Below are positions 40,895 through 64,000 of a stretch of 64,000 nucleotides of DNA, piece by piece. How positions within the stretch are numbered: the stretch's first letter is position 1; each line of letters begins with the position of its first letter. The notes beneath the pieces were generated by a model. That model ran no database searches. It had not been told where the DNA came from and saw nothing but the letters and a program-made list of their open reading frames with translations. The position numbers and the translations under genes were made by a program. This DNA is from Chrysomallon squamiferum (Eukaryota; Animalia; Mollusca), in assembly GCA_012295275.1 (NCBI GenBank), contig CM022665.1, positions 26,598,001 through 26,662,000 on the forward strand. Reading direction: 5' to 3'.

Positions 40895-42663
40895 AATCTA
40901 CAGTATATATGTTACACTTATTAAGAAACATTCCACTATCTTAGTGCTACAGTTTTCAGAAAAACTCTTTACACAGCTGAAGATTATAAGAAGTTGAGTA
41001 GATGTGTTGTTACAAGTTCTATATAGTTAGAAAAAAACTATATCTTCCTTTTGTTTAATTTTTAAAGGAAACATTGATTAGAAAAATATAGAAAAACAAA
41101 ACAAACAAAACAAAGACAACTGAAGTTGTATCAATTTTAGTTTATTCTTTTGATAATACACTATATGTAATTGTGCATTGTGGTATAGATGTATTGATAT
41201 AAATCACTATATTTAATACTAAATATAAATATCTGTTTAAAGGCACGAACATAAACTCAAAATTTATATACTTTCTTACAATTAACATTTCCACATTTAA
41301 TTTTAAAAAGTATAAATTAATAAAATATTAATTCATTATGCACAGATTATAGTTTATATTTTGAAATTTTGTATTGATATTATTCATCTAGGCATGAATT
41401 AAAACAATTTTTAAGAGAATATTTTGTGTGATTTTATTTCAATTTTACAATTCTTCCAAGTAAAACTTTTTATTAATTTGATTTTTAAAATTAATTTTTG
41501 AATAAAAATACTGTTTTATTCAGTTCTGTAATTACTCAAGAGACATGTAACCATAATGAAGAAAAATGAAATTAATCAGAAGTAAATTTTTTCCATCATA
41601 TTTCATCTAGCAAGTACATTTTCTGTAAAAGCAGAGAAGGTATAATGTAAATGTATTAAAAATCTGTAATACTCTAGAAACCATAATGTTTTCCAAAATT
41701 TTCAATAAAGGTGCAGACAGATTTATGTGAATGTACTAAAATAAGTAATACAGGAATTAATCAAATGTCTGCAGCAACCATTAAAATTGTGTTTTTGTAA
41801 CATTCACATTAATTAAAAATATGACAATGTAAGAATTGTTTAGGCTTTTATAAATATTGGAAATGTCCATCAACAGGTCCATACTGACTTGTTATCAAAA
41901 AAAAAAAAAAAAAAAAAGGCGATATGTAAAGATTTTCATTTATGTGGTTATATTGAAATTTAAAGATTTATCAAAATTGATTTTTCAACCATGAATTGTT
42001 TTCATCACAGTTTTTATTTTATAGGATACTAGATACAATTAGGTGGTTATGTGTTCAAAATATAAATACATCAAAATTAATATTTTAAATAGGTTTTAAA
42101 AAAGTTTTGAAAATATTTAAATTATCACTACTTTAGTTGTATAAGAAACAATTTTAAACAAATCAAACTGTTGAACATGAAATTGTAGTCTTAAGAGCAC
42201 TTCTGTTCATGCAATAATAAACAGTATAAATGTTCATAGTGAAGTTCATAACTATTCTGAAAGCCATCTTGATTTCCACACAGTAAACAGGAAATTATTA
42301 CTGCAACACATGATTTATACCAACTTAGGCTCAGATTTTACTTTCACATGTTCCTGTTCTACTGCAAAGCATGTTTTTATATTCTGATTCTTTCTTTTTT
42401 ATTTATCCATCAAAATAACAATATGCTTTATGATTATAGTTCTTAATATTCTGAACTGAAAAATAGTCATTAAATGTATCTTAAAATTAATATGAAATAT
42501 CATGATTACATTTAATTACATTTCATGTAGATCACAATATGGATCTGTTTATTATTCCAATTATTTTGTAAATATTCTAAACAAGACAATGAATTATTCA
42601 TTCATATTCATATAACTGAAAATACAGTCAACAACAATATTGCTATTTTGTCAGGCTATCAGC

Positions 42664-57268
<14,605 letters not shown>

Positions 57269-57532
57269 ATTAAACGCCTTTTCTCAACCTCGTTCACTTA
57301 CAAGGAGAAAGTTTTGCTGGGGCAAGGGAGATAACTGCATGAAATAATGAAAACCGTGTTTAATACAGCATGGAAATTCCGTCCGTATTTATGTATATCA
57401 TTATATGCTGACTGTGCGCGTCGTTAAAACAGCTGCGATCTGCCTGCGATTTATTTTGTTATGTCATTGCTATCCGCCATCAAGCAATATTTAGTATTTG
57501 TATTGTTTCTTTATTATATTTAAAAATGCTGG

Positions 57533-57536
<4 letters not shown>

Positions 57537-57604
<68 letters not shown>
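57537..57604. repeat. (GA)n microsatellite upstream of MTHFD1
   Basis: Direct reading. Confidence 0.95.
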
Positions 57605-57607
<3 letters not shown>

Positions 57608-60600
57608 TATTCGTTACATTTTTAAATAGCAGACTTTTTTAACATAGTCGCAGATTACTGCAGAAAACTGAAAACAGTAAAGCTATATATATTAATCGGT
57701 TTTGAAACCTTATCATTAATACTATTAATAATTGACATTTTCTTTTTTCTTTTACATTGATTGATTTATTTATTTTTAAAATATGCCTTTAAATCTATGA
57801 ATCGGGAAAAAAGTAAAAGATAAAAATATAAAATGTATTTAAACATTTAAAATTAACAAAATAGTAGTAGCAATGCTAACGGCCGCAGTGCTTTCAGCAG
57901 TGGCGAACTCCCAACCTCAAAATGTTACGCTAATTTACGATATGTTTTAAAACAAAATGAGAACAAATAACACTTCATTTTGTAAAGGAAATTTTCTTTA
58001 AAATACCTAACTGAAAATCCGAAAATAAAGCGAAACAGGGAAATATGTAAATATGAATATTAGAAAAAAAAATAAAATCGTAAAAAACGAAAACTGTCGA
58101 TTACGCTGAATAGATTATTTAATCGGAACACTTGGGCCTATCTTCTTTCACATTCTGCCTTGTATTTTAAAAATTATCTCCGTATTTATTATTTAGAAGT
58201 GAAACCATAGTGCGCGACTCTTACAAAATAACCCCTCAAGAACGACAACTTTCTATTGTCGTCTGCAGAAGTAAACATCAAAATAATAAAAAATTACCTA
58301 TTTACGAACGACAACTCTTACTTAGGCATGATCTCAAGATCATATATTAATTGAAAGAAGCCTAAAGCATAATATTTATCTCAGTAAGTCTACCTCTTTT
58401 AAGGTCTTCATAAACAGAACACTTTATTGAATAGATAATGCAAATTTGATGAAGATATTTCTTGAAATAGGTTTTTGGCGACTTAAGGTTGACTCTTTTT
58501 TTTTTAAAACGTCAAAATACCGACACTCGGCAAATGAATTTTTGAAAACTTTGAAATGCGTAATCTTTTACACAGTTATAGATATCTTCAAATGTTTTTT
58601 TTTTTTTTTTTTTTTTTACATTTCATTTGGGATAGGTTTTCTTTTAATTGGTATAGAATACATCGTCATATGACAATTATATAAAACAAAAAATGCGTTT
58701 GCATTGCATTGCTAGAAAGTGTAGGCTAAGAGGGTCACTCCAAATAAAAAATAAAAAATAAAAAAAATAATAAATAATTTTAAAAAAAAATGATAATAAA
58801 TTAAAATTAAAAATAAAAACAAAACAATTTTCAAAAAGTAAGCAGTATTTAATACTATTCCAGATGTGTTAATTTCAAAAAAATATTTTCATCAGAAATA
58901 ATTTTTAAAATTCACTTACATGTATGGAAATGACTGTGTCTGAACATTCAGGACATACGCATAAACTTAATTAATTTCAGATGGATTGTTATGAAAAAAA
59001 ACATGGATGTAATGTGTCTGACTAATTGGTAATATTTCTGAGATATATTCATGTACTCAGTGTAACATACATTGTGTCAAAAATGTGCACATAACAAAAC
59101 AAATTTCAACAAATTGTTTGATTGTAAAATTCAGTTTATTAAGTAATAGTATACTGCAGTATTAAAACAACATAGCACCAGTGTTATAAGCCAGGTACAC
59201 TATTTACAGTTAATGTGTTAATAATTTAAACTTAACAAACTGAATGCATTTCACCAATTTAAAAAATAAGAAGTTACATACCTTTATGAATTATTACTAC
59301 TGATGATTACATACATTTCTAAACAAATCAAATCACCTTATATAATTAATGTATCAGTTTAACATCACACCATAAACACTCTTAGTTTAAAACGAATGAA
59401 AAACAATTATTAATATATTTGTATATTTCAATAGCACTTCCTCCATGAGCACAACCTTTGGTTTCACCAAGTCACCATTCTTCTCATTTGTTTTAACAGG
59501 ACAGATTGTATTTAAATACATAAAGATACATTTTTACTTTGGTCTATATCCAGTCTGTATTTTTATTATATACATTCTCTAAAATATTTTAAACCTATAT
59601 ATGACAACTGTTTCAGTTTAAATGTTTGAAAATAATAACACTTCAGTCAAAATAAAATTTGTATATATATTTTTTTTTTATTGTTCAAGTGGATAGATAA
59701 ACCACTTACAAGATAACATAACTGTAGTCCAATAAGTTTTCAGTGGGGTTTTTTAAATTTACTTTAATCAAACCTGTCATCTCACAGTGTTAATATTAAG
59801 TAACTACTCGCTTAACTTGATACAAGTTACGTAAAATTTTAATTTAAAATTAAATCATAAGCTAATTATCATATAAGTCTTTCTGCTGTTACAAAAAATA
59901 AAACATCAGTGAATAATAATTAAAAAAAAAAAAAAATAATAATGAAGGAAAAAGAAAATTAAGTGGATTTTGTAATTAAATGTGCAGTTTTATTGAATAC
60001 AGTGTGATTGGAACTCAAACAAGTTTGGTATTTTATTGCTAAAAGGCAAAATAAAACTCATTTTACAAAAAAAAATATTTTTAAACACTCCTTTACAACA
60101 AGTATTCAGAAAAAGAAAAAATTCCAGAACTATAAATGTCTGGGGATTTTTTTGGTCTTTTTTTGCCAAATGTGAAATAATTTGGGAATAAAGGGAAAGT
60201 GGACTAAAATATAGTAACTGTTATACATCGAAATATAAATCACATTTCAAGCAAATATAAACAACACATCTAATACAATTTAAATGGTAATTTATAACAT
60301 GTAGCTACTCTGTTTGAACCAGCTTACAGTATTAAAGAAAAAAATAAGTGTAAATATCTAAATCTATCATAAAACATCTAGGCAGTTAACCCATCACATT
60401 CTTGTATTATTATATATTTCTTACACCTACATGAAAGATTTTATACAAAATATGTATCAATTTAAAATGTTTTCATAATTTAATACTGATATATATTTCA
60501 AGTAATGTTATTTGAAATAAAAGAACAAGTCTGTCACAATTCAGTTCCAATTTAACTGTAAAAATGTGTATTTGAAATTCTTTGTGGACACTGATTGATT

Positions 60601-60846
60601 TCTGCATATAATTTGAATAGTTAAGTCATACAAGTTCAATTTACTTTGACATCCTTGTTAAAATCCTCTACAAATAATACTTTAATCCAGCAGTGGATAA
60701 AATTTTAAAATATTCAAATCAATAATACCAACTTATTATTATATTACAATATAACTATATTAGGTACCAGGTTCTCCTTTAATATTTATCGTCTCTATAT
60801 ATAATTTAGTACATATCACAACAATAGGAAAAAAATTGTCTTTGCA

Positions 60847-63581
60847 TCAGGTTTGATTAACAACTTCTGTTCTCATGTTTTTAATACACAGTAAGCAGAC
60901 AAGTCCTGTATGGTCAGGGTCTTCATTTATCTGTTGAATAACTCCATCTTCAACGACAACTGAATATCTAAAAAAAAAAAAAAATCCATTATCCTCTGAC
61001 ACATTCATGTTTGATAATAAACAAACTGAATGAATAAAACAGTATGAAATTCAAATATTCACATTAATGGTTTGAGCATCTGTCTCATGAGCCTGACCTC
61101 AAGTATGATGTGACAATACTGTATATGGAAAACTATAATACATTTAAGAGAAAAAATAATGAGTATTTTATCAACTAATTCCAAATCAATAAAATAATTT
61201 TTGTCTAGTGGAAATAGAAATGAACTGTAAACTGCATAACCTCCAGGCAAAAATTAAGAACATGAAATCCAACAAATTCAAAAATGTACACCAACTTTTC
61301 AAAACCAAAGAAATTGCACAGATAATTATCTGTTAAAGCTGAATTATTATTATCAGTGGGTTTTTTTTAAAAGTCATTATAAGACCTCCGAGATCTCCAT
61401 CCACCAAGAACTTTTGTGCAGTCTATTTCCATTCCAAGAGCTTTAGTGAATTCACACCTAGGGTCAGCCAGCATTCGAATCTAAAATTTAAAAATATTGT
61501 TATCAAAAAAATGTATGCATCATCATTCTCAATATTAAACATTTGCAAAATAAAATTTTAAAAAAGAAATGAATTGTGAAATCATGATACAATTAAGCAT
61601 TGATGATTAACGTAATAAAACTTAATATATATTTATAATATGCAGAAAATGTGTTTATTTATGCAGGTAAGCATATATATATGTGTCAGTTTGCATGAGT
61701 TAGTGTGCTGTACATTTCATTTATTTCAAAATCACATTTAAAAGTGTTATTATAAACAAATTTTGTTATAAATCTTTCTTAAAATTCACCAATGTAAAAA
61801 AATTTAATGAATAAAACTTAATCTTTACAAATGTTAAAATGGTGTTTAATGAAGATATGTATTCAAATCAAAATAATAATACCATTTCCCAAGTAACAAA
61901 TAATTTAATGTAAATAATGTTTAATTGTTTTTGTTCATCATAACAGATACCTTTCCTTCTGCTTTGAGATCTCGAGCCCATGCTGCCATCACGAAAGGAT
62001 CATTAACAGATACACAAGTTATCAGATCATAGCCTTCATCCTGTAAGTAAACTCATATAAATGATCATGTAATGGTGTGTGTGTGTATACTGAATTAGAG
62101 TTCGTACGTATAGTTTTTATACAGTCACTAACAAAACCAAATTGTTTTTTTTAAAATTAATTTCCCAGAGTTCTGAAATTGGAGATGATAGTGAAAATTA
62201 AAATGAGTATTACAAATAAATATTGACATCTAACCTTAAAAGCTGTAACTGTTATTAGAGCTAACAAGTGTGGCTGCAATTACTATACTTTATACTAAAG
62301 TCTTAACAGTTAAATTTATAACAACAAAAACATCCAGTCATCATAATGTTTTCATTTTCTTTTAATTTTTTTTGACTAACCTTGAATTTGTTACTGTATG
62401 ACAAATATTCTGGAAGATGAGCCTGAAAAAGGAAGGAGATACTGAATAAAATATAGATAAGGAAACACAGGTCTGTGAAAAAAAAAAAAAAATTATTTGC
62501 ACTTTATTGAGCCAGTGTTATGTAACAAATCCTTACAGAGAGTGTAAATAAGCACACCCCCAAAAATAAATAAATACTGAAAGAAAGGAAGCAAAGAGAA
62601 AAAGAAATAAAAAGGTAAATTATTTTAGTTTTTTCTAAATTTATTAAATCATCACAATTAATAATAAAACTAATTCATTCATCACATTGATGTTTTGACA
62701 GGAGTATTAAAAATTAGGTTAGCATCTGAAATGAAAACAATGAAATTCTGCAACACAATTCTACACTGTAACTCAATCCATCTGATAAAACACCATCTGC
62801 TGGCACTAAGCAACAACATAAAGACTAACGCAAATAACACTAAACTTAAATTATAAACTGCATAAATTACCAATCAAATCATTTTATAGATGTAGAATGC
62901 ATATAGAGAATACAGTTTTTCACAATAATTACAGTAACATAATTTTAATTATTTTTATAATTTCTTTTAATTTAATATATACATTCATTTATTAGCGGGT
63001 CAGTTTCCAAACTGACAAAAAAAAAAAAAAAAAAAAAAAAAAAGAATGAAATAAAAAAGAAAGAAAAAAAGAAGATATTTTAAAGAAAAATACCTTGTTA
63101 TTGTTAGTACATAAATGAAATAATACTTCCTATAGAAATATTTGCTAATTCTTGAAAGAAAAAAGAAAAACAACCATAGTGACAATAGTTTCATACACAG
63201 TAACAAAATATAATGTTCTGAGATGTTATTAAATAAAGATTCAACTTATAAAATTAAGAAATAAATTATTTTAGAAAAGAAAAATTATTAATAAATGAAC
63301 TTGAATTTATGACAGTCAATGTATATGTCTGTATGAGTGCTTGCATGTGTGTTTGTCTGTGTGTGTGTGAGAAAGTGAGAGAGAAGTAAATGCTAGCTAT
63401 GGACTGTTTTTATTTACATTATTTTATAAAGGTATATTACCGTTGTACAACCAGGTGTGAATGCACCAACAACTGAAAAAAGAACACCTCTTTTTCCTTT
63501 GTAGAGTTTTAATGGATTTACTTTGTCTGATGGAGAATTCTCATATAGATCAATATCTGGTAGAGCATCTCCAACCTGCAT
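60847..63581 (-). CDS. PRDX5: Peroxiredoxin-5-like protein (divergent); 5' end uncertain
   Basis: Exons 63575-63441, 62422-62381, 62040-61951, 61480-61386, 60967-60847. Protein [31 protein letters not shown]../..[13 protein letters not shown]../[33 protein letters not shown]. An in-frame ATG at 63581 gives 162 aa; alternatively exon 1 lies beyond the window. Confidence 0.9.
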
Positions 63582-64000
63582 GTAAATGTTACAACAATGA
63601 TATAAACACCTAACATCAACATAATGATAAAGTTTATTCAGTCATAAAATAATTATAAAAACATGCATTAAATTACAATTATAATATTGAACACATAATT
63701 TATGACTAACACAAAAAGAATGTGTCAGTTTCAAAATTAAAGTTTGCTTATTTGGATAAACGAATAAATAAATAAAATTTGTTTTATTTTAGTTAATACT
63801 CATAATAAAACCTACTTTGAAAAAAAAAAATTTCATTATTATTATTTTTAATGTTCTGAAACTTTTAGTAAAAGCTGTAGTTTGGGCTTTTTTTTTTCAT
63901 ATAAGCACAGCTTTTACACTTACACAGACACGGACTCTCACAATATATCAGACAAGCCTTATTTGCCAGAACAGGCTGTACAAATACTGAATATTTATAT

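Overview
AT-rich, intron-rich animal genomic DNA. Gene content, repeat types and CpG pattern suggest an invertebrate, probably a mollusc (inference). Most entries in the ORF track are spurious; real genes emerge only by splicing short exons by hand. Six genes were reconstructed. (1-2) Two tandem + strand ependymin-related (EPDR) paralogs with identical 6-exon structure, 303-2586 and 4486-8720. (3) A - strand gene encoding an unusual ~163-aa protein with an N-myristoylation motif, basic patch, Pro/Ala/Glu linker and an AMPK-beta-type glycogen-binding CBM48, but no alpha/gamma-binding tail (14660-16898, probably with a ~16-kb 5' noncoding region). (4) A + strand, intron-containing bacterial-type AlkD HEAT-like-repeat DNA glycosylase with intact catalytic motifs (37831-40894). 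(5) A complete 24-exon MTHFD1 on the - strand (42664-57268, 934 aa). (6) A divergent peroxiredoxin-5 on the - strand (60847-~63581). Repeats include a decayed Tc1 transposon, a Tigger/pogo-like MITE, an 80-bp mariner MITE, a hAT MITE with 8-bp TSD, a LINE RNase H fragment, SINE-like fragments and microsatellites. The most interesting candidates are the animal AlkD and the stand-alone myristoylated AMPK-beta-like CBM protein.
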